64,000 nt of DNA, from assembly GCF_009914755.1 (NCBI RefSeq), contig NC_060947.1; one strand, written 5' to 3'. This document shows positions 37,451 through 50,930 of the stretch, piece after piece (within the stretch, counting starts at the first letter, position 1; every line of letters begins with the position of its first letter). The notes beneath the pieces were generated by a model, which saw only the letters and a program-made list of their open reading frames with translations, was not told where the DNA came from and ran no database searches. The translations under genes were made by a program, and so were the position numbers. The stretch is from the human T2T-CHM13v2.0 reference genome, Homo sapiens.

Positions 37451-38162
37451 TTGCTTTTTAAAATTATGTTCATCTGAGCATAGTGCGACATGGTATGCAA
37501 AGATCCTGAGGAATCTCTACATAGGGGCATTCCTATTCATTGGGCATTTTCCAGTCCCCAGGATAATATGAGCACCCCAGAAGATGATCAGAGTGAAACA
37601 AGTTATTCTGAATGTGGGCTTCCCTAAAGGGTGGGAGGAGGAAAATTTGGTTGGGGCATGCCTGTTACTTGTTTTTGGCCTCCCAGAGTAGTAGGAAGGC
37701 CTGGGTAGTGATCTCTTCTGGGTAAGCGTTTGTGGTGAGAGACCCTGGAGGGTTGGTGAGCCTCTACTTGGAGGGCTGGGTAGTCACCTGTTCCATTATA
37801 GGCTGAAGACTATAAGATGGACAGCAGTGTTCCTCTGTTCCTGACGTCACTTCCTATTGAACTTGGCATCTTTGGAATTGGCTAGGCAGAGGCTGTGGCC
37901 ACATTTGAATAATGCATATTGAAATAATGTGCCATGGAGGCCACATAATAGTTTCTAAGGTCCATCGCCCTAAAGCAGTAGTGACTTCAGCCAGATCAAA
38001 CTTTCAGGTTAGAATGTTTCCTACTAGGCACCTTTGGAACCCAAGGTTGTGGAGTTCTGTCACAGCCAGCTGCATCAGTAAGGGATGACTGGCAGGGTTT
38101 ATGGACCCCAGTAAGCACTCCTGATGGTTTCTAGCAATATTCTATAAAAGACTGAACTTTCT

Positions 38163-38668
38163 TTCTTAATTTTAATTTTAATTTTTTATTTTCCTTTAAG
38201 TTCTGGGATACATGTGCTGAACGTGCAGGTTTGTTACATAGGTTATACATGTGCCATGGTGGTTTGCTGCACCTATCAACGCATCATCTAGGTTTTAAGT
38301 CTTGCATGCATTAGGTATTTGTCCTAATGCTCTCCCTCTCCTTTCTCCTCACCCTCCGACAGGCCCCAGTGTGTGATGTTCCCGTCCCTGTGTCCATGCG
38401 TTCTCACTGTCAACTTCCACTTATGAGTGAGAACCTTCGGTGTTTGGTTTTCTGTTCCTGTGTTAGTTTGCTGAGGTTGATGGTTTCCAGCTTCATCCAT
38501 GTCCCTGCAAAGGACATGAAGTCATTCTTTTTTATGGCTGCATAGTATTCCATGGTGTATATGTACCACATTTTCTTTATCCAGTCTATCATTGATGGGC
38601 ATTTGGGTTGGTTCCAAGTCTTTGCTATTGTAAATAGTGCTGCAATAAACATAGGTATGCATGTGAAC
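38163..38668 (-). mobile_element. L1PA (PA8/PA10-like) 3' fragment, about 500 bp
   Basis: ORF 38410-38652 is the ORF2p C-terminus (MFIAALFTIAKTWNQPKCPS...). Perfect 14-bp TSD agactgaactttct at 38149-38162 and 38669-38682. Confidence 0.95.
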
Positions 38669-38971
38669 AGACTGAACTTTCTACATTGAAACAGATGGGA
38701 TCTCAGGGCTATTGTGATTTCTGTAATAGGGTTAATGTGACCTCATTTGTATTCACTGGTTGGCAAGTCCCAGGACTTTTGGGTTCCCCCATGTTTTTAA
38801 AGACTGGAAAGACATGGTTAGATTTGAGACTTTGGACATGCTGGTATATGTAGAAATGAGGTGGGAGTTTAGGAGAAGTAGCAGTTAAGAAACGATTATA
38901 GTAGTGTTCTGGTGCTAAATGATGAGGGGCTAAACTAAGACAGTGATGGGAGGTATGAAGTGGAGGGGGAG

Positions 38972-39291
38972 TTTTTTTCCATAAGTTATTGGGGTACAGG
39001 TGGTATCTGGTTACATGAGTAAGTTTTTTAGTGGTGATTTGTGAGAATTTGGTGCACCCATGACCCGAGCAGTATACACTGCACGATATTTGTAGTCTTT
39101 TATCCCTTGCCCCCCTCCCACCCTTCCCCCAAAGTCCCCAAGTCCATTGTATCATTCTTATGCTTTTGTGTCCTCATAGCTTAGCTCCCGCATATCAGTG
39201 AGAACACGTGATGCTTGGTTTTCCATTCCTGAATTACTTCACTTAGAATAATAGCCTCCAATCTCATCCATATTATTGCAAATGCTGTTAA
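38972..39291 (-). mobile_element. L1PB1-like 3' fragment
   Basis: ccataagttattggggtacaggtggtat...tggtgcacccat...gtcctcatagcttagctccc...ttacttcacttagaataat. Confidence 0.85.
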
Positions 39292-40049
39292 AGATGTGAA
39301 TCTCTAATGGTGAAAGTTTCCAATTACATGGAATAGAGGGAAGTGGCTTGTAGAGAGGATATTTAATTCTTATAAAAGGAGAAACGAAAACTCAGAAATC
39401 TTAATAGATTTGACTGATGTCATATTGAGGAAGAGATGAGATCATTTTCTATTCTTTTATCCCAAACTACCACTCCTTCACTCTCCCTAGTTTCTTTGTC
39501 TCTGCTGGAACCCCTGCTATGCATCATTGCCTGTCTACAAAGCCCCATCACTAGCCATTTGGGTGATTGATAATGGTTTCACTTTGGACTTCAGGCTGTG
39601 TCTGCTTGGCTGTGTCTTCTGTGTCCTCTACTCTGGGGGTGGATTTCCCACAGTCAGGCTACAGCCTCTTCTCACGGCTGCAGTGTCTGGTTGCCAGTAA
39701 ACTACATTGATTTGAGGATGAATTCCAAAATGTGATAATCACCTATGAAAACAAATGGTGTAAAGATGGAGCAAGTGACAGTTGAAATGTGTTTACCCCT
39801 GCTGGGGTTCTTGTTTTGGTGACAGAAGGTGTGTATAATGTTAGGTAGGCTGTCAGACTGCGGATAAGAACATTATCTTTGAAGAGATCCTATAATAAGA
39901 GGAAAGATAATTAGGATTTGGGAAAGTGGCCAAGGGGTGAGGAAGGAAATATGTAGCAGCAGCAAATAAAATTTTACTTGGGGATGGGAGCACAGGAAAT
40001 CTGGCTTTTTAAATGCAAAGTTTGAGACTTTAATCATAATAACAAGAGA

Positions 40050-40430
40050 AGCTACTGTGTCGTAAGCAGTTTCTAGGCATTATATCTCATTTCATCCTCA
40101 CAACAACCTGTAAGGTAGGTACTAATATTATCCCCAGTTTGCAGATGGAATAATCGAGGCTTAGAGAAGTGAATTAACTCTCATGAGGTCACATAGCTAG
40201 TATGGTGTAGAGCTCAGAATGGCACTTGGGCCAAACTTGTCTCCACAGATCTCTGGTTAACATTTACTAGAGGCCAGGCACTCTACATGTAATGTACCAT
40301 TTAAGCCTTACAATAGTGCTATGATATAGCCTCTATTAGGATCCTAAATTTATAGATGAGGAAACAGCGACATATAGAATTTTAAAACCCTGCCTATTTA
40401 ATAAATGGCAGTCAGTGCTCTCATCCAGTA
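40050..40430 (-). mobile_element. Two tandem MIRs (about 40050-40220 and 40258-40430)
   Basis: cctcacaacaacctgtaaggtaggtact...tttgcagatgg; second core tttatagatgaggaaacag. Confidence 0.75.
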
Positions 40431-41019
40431 TGCCATAAGCACAAGCCATACTACATGAGGCTAAAGGGAAATTCAAAAGTAAAAAAAATGGTGTAAGATT
40501 TAAGATTAGGAGTGGATCATTGAGAGGCCAAAGCATAAGTCACAGCTAACACAGTCATAAAGTGGGAGATGGGTTTGATAAGGCCACATGTAGCTTCTTA
40601 ATTTAGCCTCTTTTAATCATTGAATGAACTCCATTATCCAACCAGGATTTAGGATGAATCCTAACAGCCCATAGCACCTTTTGAAGAAGGTGACTGATTT
40701 GGATGGTTCACTAATATTATGTATCAGGTCATATGCAACATTTAATTTGTGGCTTTGTCCGTAATCTTGAAACAAAATGGGACCCTGTGATAATTTAGTA
40801 AACATTAATCCTGTAAGTCCTTATAAGTTATGGGTCCCACCATCCCTCCCGTCTCATCTGTGACTGACTTTCATATACTGCTCTAGCACTCCTGGACTTC
40901 TTGCTGTACTTTGAATAATACGAGTTCGTACTTACTGTATGCCCAATGCCTAGGTAAGTGTTTGGCATATTGCAGGCACTTAACAAATATTTGTTGAATG
41001 ATATTAGGCTCTTAGTATA

Positions 41020-42660
<1,641 letters not shown>

Positions 42661-43200
42661 TATTTCAGTTTCTACGTACCTGCAGATTCTCCTCCTTGTT
42701 TTTCTCTCCCTTGATTATGTGTTATATGTTGATCAGGGTGTGTGTGTGTGTGTATGCACACACATTATCATATTAAACAAGACTCAGACAATCATCGATC
42801 GTTTCTTAGAAAAATTCTATTTCAGATGATAAACTTTCACCTTGTTAAGAAAGTGTCTTCTCAGGTGCTGTCCAACAGCTCACACTGGAATTATTTACAG
42901 CAGGTTTAGGTGGAGAGAATTTTTAAAAATAATACCCTCTAAAGAGCCTAAAGCTCTTCTGTACCAGCCTGGAGATGTCAGAGAGCTGTAGGGAGAGTTC
43001 TGAATAGCTGGGAGCAGAAGTGGGCCTGCTGTGTGTGTTTCACACAAAGCAGTGCCTTGAGGGGTCCAGTCAGCTGCTGCCTTCAGCACAATTGCTTCAA
43101 TTAACTTGTTGGAGAGTTAAATGCCTGAGAAGCTGGAGTATTTCCTGGACCTGTGGTGGGAAATGACATCCTCTTATCTTCAAGATTCCTTTTGAGGGTG

Positions 43201-43204
<4 letters not shown>

Positions 43205-43248
<44 letters not shown>
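43205..43248. repeat. (GA)22 microsatellite
   Basis: Read directly. Confidence 0.95.
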
Positions 43249-43253
<5 letters not shown>

Positions 43254-43747
43254 AGAACAAGAGCTAACGCAGGTGCCATTTCAAGCAAACAGCCCTGCTC
43301 TATTTAGTCTCCTTCACAATGAACAAGTACCAAGTGTTGGATTGTAGTTAGATCTCATCTCCTTTAATCCAGTCCTCATCTGGGCTTGCCTGGCTTAATT
43401 AGTTCTGGAGATTTCATCAGTGTAGCAACAAACTTGCCTGGAAAACCGAGGCAAGAGTCAACTGTGCTAAACCCAGGACAAGCAGGGAAGGGCATGTGGT
43501 GTCTGTTAAGTCTTTTGTTTATTCTCAGGATCTTCTTCTGTAAGGGTTTTTGGGTTGAATTCAGAAGCAGGACATTTTTACATAGTCATTTTGAAACAGA
43601 TGGGCATTGAGAGATCCCTGTAAAATTATAAAAGCACTGGTTATTTTTAATTATCAATAATATTTACAAGACACATCCTTGACCTTTGAGTCAGCCTAAC
43701 TTGTACCCCGTGCTGAGACCCTTTCACTGTATAGTTTACTACTTGGT

Positions 43748-43950
43748 AGTATGGAATAATGGTTAAGCTAGGTTAAGTTAGATCCCATCATATGTTCAAG
43801 TCCTGTCTCTGCCACTTCTCATTCATGTGATCTCAGGACAGATACATGATCTCTCTAAGCTTTAATTTCCTCTTCTGTAAAATGGGAATGATAGTAGTTT
43901 TGGGATCTGTATGAGTTAGCATAGTACCTTAGTAAATGTTTAGTCAATAT
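43748..43950 (+). mobile_element. MIR
   Basis: gttcaagtcctgtctctgccactt...tttcctcttctgtaaaatgggaatg. Confidence 0.75.
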
Positions 43951-45049
43951 CATCTTATTATCACTTTATTTAGTAGTTTTTAAATTTTTATGGGTATATA
44001 TTAATTTAGTCATCAATAGAGCTAATAAAGATTTTCAAAAAGGCTGTTAGAATTGGGTTAGCCTCTTGTCCTATTTTAAAAAGTCACTATAAAGAAATGT
44101 GCTGTTATTAAGTGTATGTATATTTAGTAAGAGTTCTTCAGGAACTGTTTAGTCTGGAATTGAAAATAATGAATCATGTTGCATTTCACCTGTTTTTCCT
44201 CTAACACGGTGTAGTAGATATTTGATAACATAGAATCTGTATGATTAGGAAGCCTACAAAACTCAGAGGTGCCCATCTTCTAGATTTTCTAGTGGAAAAC
44301 TGTAAGTTTTATTGTCAAGCAGTTAAATATCACTAAAAGTAAATTTGTAACTCTGAAGAAGCACTAGAAAAATTTTGTCAAGGAGACTATTCAGACAGGA
44401 AGTGAATTCCCAGGCACTCTGCTCAGAATGAGCAATTGCCCTTTTTGAGGTGAGCACATGGAATAAACATGGACTCTTGGTTAAATATGGAGCGAATGCA
44501 AGATGTGTCTGACCCTTGCCTTATCTCCAACCTCATCTGTGATTCTATTTTGCACATTATTTAGTCATTAAAGAAACCAAAAGCAAAAGGGTCATGGTGG
44601 TTTGTTTTTAGGCTTCATCAAAATGATTGAATCAGGAAGGGAGTATCAAAATATCACCTCCCACAGTCTAGCACTATCATTGACTTGAGGACCAGAGGAG
44701 ACAATCAGCCACATTTTGGTACCAGTCTTCAGTCCTCTTTCCCTCTCATTCTCTACCTCTTTCTCCTGGATACCTGTTCAGGGCTTTCATCAGTCAGGTT
44801 TTTCCCCGGCTCTCCTCAGTGGTGCTCCTTCTGCATTGCCTTCACTCAAAGTGCCTTAGAGTCTGCCATCGTCCTTCATCCCTCCTCTTCACTGACCAAT
44901 CAGTTTTGTCCTGTAGCTGACAGATAGGATATAGTATTACACATATTGTGTCAGTAGCTGATCATGCTTAAATTTTATTTTTTATTTTTAAAGATGATCA
45001 CATTATAGAAGTGTAGGAAAGGAAGAAAGAGAGGAAGTGCTGAGAGCAG

Positions 45050-45410
45050 ATAATGGATGAAGTTAGCCTTCTCTGAGGGCACTGGGTTGGTCAGCCTGCA
45101 GAACAAACACTTTGAGCAAAACCTGAAGAATGAGTAGGGGTTATTTGGATGAAGGGGTATAAGGATAAAGTGCATTCCAGGCAGAGGGCCTGGTCAAAGG
45201 CCCAGAGGTGGGAAGAAGCTTGACACTAATGAGGAACTCCAAGAAGGCCAGTGTGAATGGAACTTACAAATGACTCTGGGGAAATTGATAGGGGCCAGAT
45301 GATTCAGTTCTTATAGGCCATGGTAAGGATTTTGACTTTATCCTAAAAGTAGTGATAGGCTGTTAAAAGGTTTTGAGCAATAAAGTAATATGATTAGATT
45401 TGTGTTTTGA
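45050..45410 (-). mobile_element. L2 fragment
   Basis: gcattccaggcagaggg...caaaggcccagagg...ggccatggtaaggattttgactttatcct...ggttttgagca. Confidence 0.8.
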
Positions 45411-46424
45411 ATGGGGGACTACATCTTTCTTGGTTTCAGCCAATGCTAGGCCTAGTTTACCTGATCTTGATTTTCAGTTTTCTTTGCATTTCAATATTGC
45501 CCTTCTTTATAAATGCAATATAGAGATGGTATACTAATTATGGGCAATCCAAGATTTGGCTGTTTGATTCTGGAAGTGTGTCTCTTTAAATCTCACGTGT
45601 TTTTCTGTTGGGGTCACACCCTCACCCTTTTAAAACTTTTTATTCTTGGAGGAGGTGACACATCAAGTCTTCTGAATCAAATCATAAAGGCTTTTAAATC
45701 AAGCCCTCATTCTAAGGTCCAGGTGACAGCTTCTGAATTGCTAAAATGTGTCCCATGTGTTCCTCAGCCTGAGTAGGTGGCCATTGGATTGCCATCTAAA
45801 TCCAGTGCCGAACACTCAATATCAATACTATTGCTTTCGTCTTTGAGGCTGAATAACACGTCAATATTGGTAATGGAATGATTTACTGTTCTTTAGGGTG
45901 GTTGCATTTCGTGGAGGCAGCCTAAATGGAATTAACTGTGGGCTAATTAAGTGCTCCCTGCTTCTCTCTCAAGTTCCCCCTTGGGCATTGGCTGCAGTGA
46001 GTTGTGCAAGTCGCAGGAAACTGTAAATTATGACTCAGCTTAAAGAAAAATGGATTGCTTTTCTAATACTTATTGAACACTTAAAACAGATGTTTAAATC
46101 TCTACAAGTTTTAGATAATTAAAATTATAAATCTGTGCTCTTTGAACAGGAACAGAGTAGGGATCAGAGGTATAAATAGTACCATGCTGGGAAGATTCAT
46201 CTTGTGGCTTCAGGTTTATTACTGTAACTAGGGCTGTCCCCAGGTAAAGTAGCAAAGAGAAGAAATATGTTTTTGTTGCCCCTGCATCTCCCCGGACTCC
46301 AGATCTCCTCAGTGCTCTCAGGCTGCCGGGTACCTCTTACTGTAGGACCATCTAATGCTAGTTCTTCCCTCTAACATCAAAGGTTTATCTGTTCTGTCTT
46401 TCATTCCCTGAAGGATTTGCTGGA

Positions 46425-46828
46425 TGTTAGAGTAATCGAGCTGCAGTAACAGTAAAACCCCTACATCTCAGTGGCTTGACAGAGTAGTTGATTTTTCATG
46501 CATAGAAATTCCAAACTGGGTGGTTCTGATTGGTTGGAGGCACCCCCTCTAGGGACTCATGCTACTTTCATGCTACTTTCATCTTATGACTCTATCATCT
46601 TCAATTTGTCTATCACAAGGTTGCCATAATTTTCTGAATCAGCTCCAGAAGAAGAAAGGGCACAGAGAACCATGTGTGAGGTTTTTTATGAGCCTGGACT
46701 GGAAGTGTAGCCTGTGCTCACAGTCCATGGCCACATCTGATGGCAAGGAAGAATGGGAAATATACTCTAGCTCTATGTCTAAGATGGAGAGGAAATGGGC
46801 TTGATGGAGAGCTAATCAGTTTCTGCCA
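46425..46828 (-). mobile_element. Old MLT1 (ERVL-MaLR, J/K/L-type) LTR
   Basis: gctgcagtaaca...atctcagtggcttgac...catggccacatct...gcaagga...gggaaat...tctgcca. Confidence 0.65.
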
Positions 46829-47124
46829 TTCTTGGTGACAGAGCAAATCTGATAAACAAGTTTGCAAGTAAGGCATTAGTGGCTTGCCCCCTCCTTTGGT
46901 ATTTTGATTTCAAGAGCTGCTTTCTGGAAAAAAGATATATTGTCTGAAAACTGGTTGGTGTAGTAAATGGGGGATCACTTTTATTTCTTTGGCTTTTTTA
47001 GTTACATGTCAAATCTGTGCAAATGTCTCCAAATACCTGATATGATAGAATATACATTTGTTGTCATAGAGTGTTCTCTTTCTCGGTCTCTCTTGCTGTC
47101 TTGCTCTTTTGCTCACCCCAACCC

Positions 47125-47191
47125 TCCTCTCCTTCTCTCTCTCTGTCTCTCTCCCTCTCTCTATCTCTCTCTCTCTCTGTGTGTGTGTGTG
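47125..47191. repeat. Compound (CT)n(GT)n simple repeat
   Basis: Read directly. Confidence 0.9.
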
Positions 47192-48457
47192 ATGATTGAA
47201 AAAAGTAATATGTTTTTCTTGGGGCATTTTCTTCCTGAATTCAATTGGGATTTCTGGTGAGGAATGCTGTGATCATGATTCCAGTATTTTTGCCATTGAA
47301 ACAGTTATTTGAATGTTCAATCATCAAATTATTAATCCATTCTAATAAGCAATTGGTGGCTTAAGTTGTCTCTAAAGCCAAGAGTCTTCTAATATTTTAC
47401 ATTCACTAAGCAATATGAAAATTAAATAAGTAATCTAGTGAATTCACATTTTTATATGATGAGTTAGGATCAAGCACATTTGAAAAATGTAAGCCAACAA
47501 TTTAGCCACAGGATTTTATATAAGAATCTGTTCTATTTTTCTTGGGTAATAATGCAAAATTAACAAATATATATGTTTTTTCTTTGCTTCTATGAGAACC
47601 TTAATAAAAGTTAAATACCTTTATAAGCTTTATTCAGGTCTTTATTTTCAACCAGTCAGTTAATTTCCTTTAAATGGAATTTTATTTCACTACCCAGAAA
47701 CTGGCTCTAACCTTTAAACTATCCTTGCTGTGGGCTAAAAACATTTCTTGTCCTGTATCAGTGTCACAATGTAGAGATGCAGTGATGACTATTACCAAGT
47801 CACTTTAGGATTAAAAGAAGTTCTTAAAGCAATTGGAGACACATTTTTAGGAGCAAATACTGTAATAATTCCATTGTTGAGCTGGTAAAATTTTAAGAGC
47901 CTGACTCACAAAAGTCATTAAGGATAATTTCAAAACTGTTATCCCATCTTTGATAAAGGCATTTTATATATTCCCAATTAAGAACCTTCATGGTGTGTCA
48001 GTTGTATTCTCTTATCTGGCTTTCCCCCGCTTTCCACATATTAAAGTCTAGGCTATGTCAAATTTCATCCTGTCGTGCTAAATGTGGTCTCAGTGCCCTT
48101 GAAGATTTACTTTCTCTGAAACTCTGGGTTAAGCCTTTTCGAGATACAGTGCCCAAATCCTTTTCTCTTTCATCTCGCCCCTCCACACAAACTCCACTCC
48201 CAACTCCACCCATTACCTGATATCTGAAACTTAAATTTTTTTCAGGCAGTAACATCTCTCCCATTGTCCTGCATTGTAGGAAGTTTGTAATATCAATTTT
48301 CTAATTTCTATGCACAGATTACATGAAACCTGTGCTTTCAGGAAGCTTATGTTCACTGATAGAAAACGTCATGGCCAAATAGACCTACTAAAAATGACTC
48401 CTTGGAATTTTTCAATGTGAAATCCCTCCACTGATATCAATGATGTGTCTGTTAGCA

Positions 48458-48720
48458 GTTATAGTGTAGTCGTTATGTGGTCCCTGAAGTCAAACAAGTC
48501 TGTGTTCAAATCCAGCTCAGCCAGTTCTCAGCTGCATGACTTTGGCAAGTTATCTAATTTCTGGATTCTCAGTTTCCTCTTTTGGAAAGAATGATGATAG
48601 TACCTACTCATGGGTTGTTGAATGGATGAAATTAGAAAATAGACCATTAGACAATGTAAATTATATAATGTAAATTAGCACTGCCTGAAACTAAATAAAC
48701 ATCCTATAAATGTAAGCTGT
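48458..48720 (+). mobile_element. MIR, full length
   Basis: gttcaaatccagctcagcca...gactttggcaagttat...ctcagtttcctc...gtacctactcatgggttgttg. Confidence 0.8.
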
Positions 48721-49464
48721 CATATTTGCAAGTGGTACTTGTGTAATCCCTGATTATACTGGCCCCTGACCAGGAGATTAAACAGATTTGCCAATGTTAA
48801 AGAGCCAAACATTCTTTCCTTCCCCTCTGTCATCCCCCCACCCACACTCCCCATTCAGACAAGTTCAGGGGACAACAACATATTGCCTCATAGCAATCAT
48901 CATTCTGTGATTTTAGAATGGGCAGGGAATAACAGGGTAATATCTGGAAATTTCCCAATGTTCTGTTGCCAAAGGAATGGATTTATTCTTCCTTCTAAGG
49001 AGCTGATGTGGGCCCAACTGCATGCCAGGACCAGGGCCTCCAGGCTTGGTTTGGGATTTACAAGGTTTTGTTGCCAGAGTGAGAAGATATGGGAGTCTTA
49101 AACTTATTGAATGCTCAAAATTAAAACCAGAGAAGGCTGGGCTCATATTTTAAGTACTAAGGTTGAGAGCAGAACCAGAAACAGGAGATGAAAGCAAAGT
49201 CTCACAGGCAGGCAGAATTTGTTTGGAGCAAGGGAGCAGGGTAGCAGGACAACAGGAGCAAGAATAGTGGAAAATTGAGAGAGGAGTGGAGCTGAACACT
49301 GGAAATATGGCCAGAGTACCTGCGGCTTATTTTTATGAGCTCATGACCACATAGTGCATGGGTTAGTGACCTAGTCTAACTGTGTATGGTTGGTTACACA
49401 GCATTTGCTCAATTTTGCCGCAACTCTGCCCCTGCAAAAGGTCTTCCTCATTGTGTTAACAAAG

Positions 49465-49468
<4 letters not shown>

Positions 49469-49523
<55 letters not shown>

Positions 49524-49531
49524 GTATATAT
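49469..49531. repeat. (TA)21 followed by (TATG)n
   Basis: Read directly. Confidence 0.95.
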
Positions 49532-50191
49532 AAGCACAAGGGTTTAGTTGAAGGGAAGGTGGTATGGCTTTTGTGAGTGACATCAAAACTCTCATAGGTT
49601 AGGGATGTCCTCCTGCTTACTAGATTCTATCAATGTCCTGTATTGGTCCTACAGTTTTGTGAATGAATTATATTTAAGCTATGTATACATTATCTTCTTG
49701 AAGGGAAGAAATTCTTTGCGCTCATTAATTGTGGTGCAGAGTAGTTCATCTTTTTGCTTCTCTTCACCTTTTTGTGAATGTGATTTTTAAGTTGTTGTTG
49801 GGCTAGGGGAGACAAATTCTAGTCTTGCTAGAAACAAATGATTTAGTTCTTATTTCTTCTAACTTCACCATTCATGATTTTCTGGGCTCTCATCATATCC
49901 TTTCTGAGTCTTTACCTTTTCAGTTTGAAAGATCATCTTTATCTAGTGCATTTTACTTAGCAGCTATCTGTTCTATTGTTCAATCCACAATAAATTAGCT
50001 ATATATTTTGAGCTCCTATTATGTGCCCAGTGTGGCATTAGACACTGTGGGGAAATAATAGGAGATAAAAATCATTTTCTCAGCCTACAGAAAGGATAAG
50101 ATTTTATTGAAGATTACTTGGAGATGGAAAAAATTTAGAGAAAGATTGTAATCTTGCATAATCAAGACCAGAGACTGCAAGCCTTCTAGGT

Positions 50192-50362
50192 CAGTGATCT
50201 CATACATGAGTGTGCTTTAGAATCACCTGAGATCTCTGAATTACTGAACTCCATAGGTCCCAGTTTTTCAGGTTGTGGGTGGTGCCTGGGACTATGCGTT
50301 TTATCAAGCTCTCTAACTGATTCTGCTGCTGGGGATCTCTAAACTATCCTTTGGGAAGCAGA
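50192..50362 (+). mobile_element. MER5-family MITE
   Basis: cagtgatctca...tagaatcacctg...caagctct...tgattctgctgc...ctttgggaagca. Confidence 0.65.
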
Positions 50363-50518
50363 AGGCTAAAAATATCTGTGAAAATTGAGAGGCACATAAT
50401 GTATGTGATTGACTAGGAAAGGTATGATTGGAGCATGGAAGGGTGGGAAGAACTTGGAGAAGAAGTAGTTGGAGGAAATTCATGAAGTGCTACTGGAAGT
50501 GAGAATGAGAATTGGATA

Positions 50519-50930
50519 TGTTGCAGAGATGAGCTAATTGTTCACCAACTCCGTTTTCTTTTCTTCCTAGTAACACAGTCTATATTTCCTCATCTCCACA
50601 GTGAAGTTTGGCTGTTTGGGTTCTGGCCAATGGAATATGGACAGAAGTTTTGTCACATTTACGCCAAAATTATGGGTGGACGTCTCATAACATCCCCCAA
50701 CTGTTTCTCTTCTCCCATCTGCTTGCTAGATGTTGATGCTCAGAGTGACCTTGGAATCATTGTGGTGAAACTGACGGCCTCCACTGGCATGTGTGCCTGA
50801 ATGACTGTGACTCCCTCTGACCAAAAGAAATATCCATATTGGGTTTCATATGAGTAAGACTTCTATTGTGTTAAGCTATTGAGATTTCAGGGTTTTTCTG
50901 TGAGAGCTTCTACTATAATCTTAACATTCA
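50519..50930 (+). mobile_element. MLT1J-like solo LTR
   Basis: gttctggccaatggaatatggacagaagt...acttctattgtgttaagctattgagatttcaggg. Confidence 0.75.

Noticed and set aside
37460-38140. GC-richer block (also 20540-21080 and 51480-51990) possibly an ancient LTR or DNA transposon
   Set aside because: I could not identify termini, TSDs or a family by eye; this needs a Dfam search.
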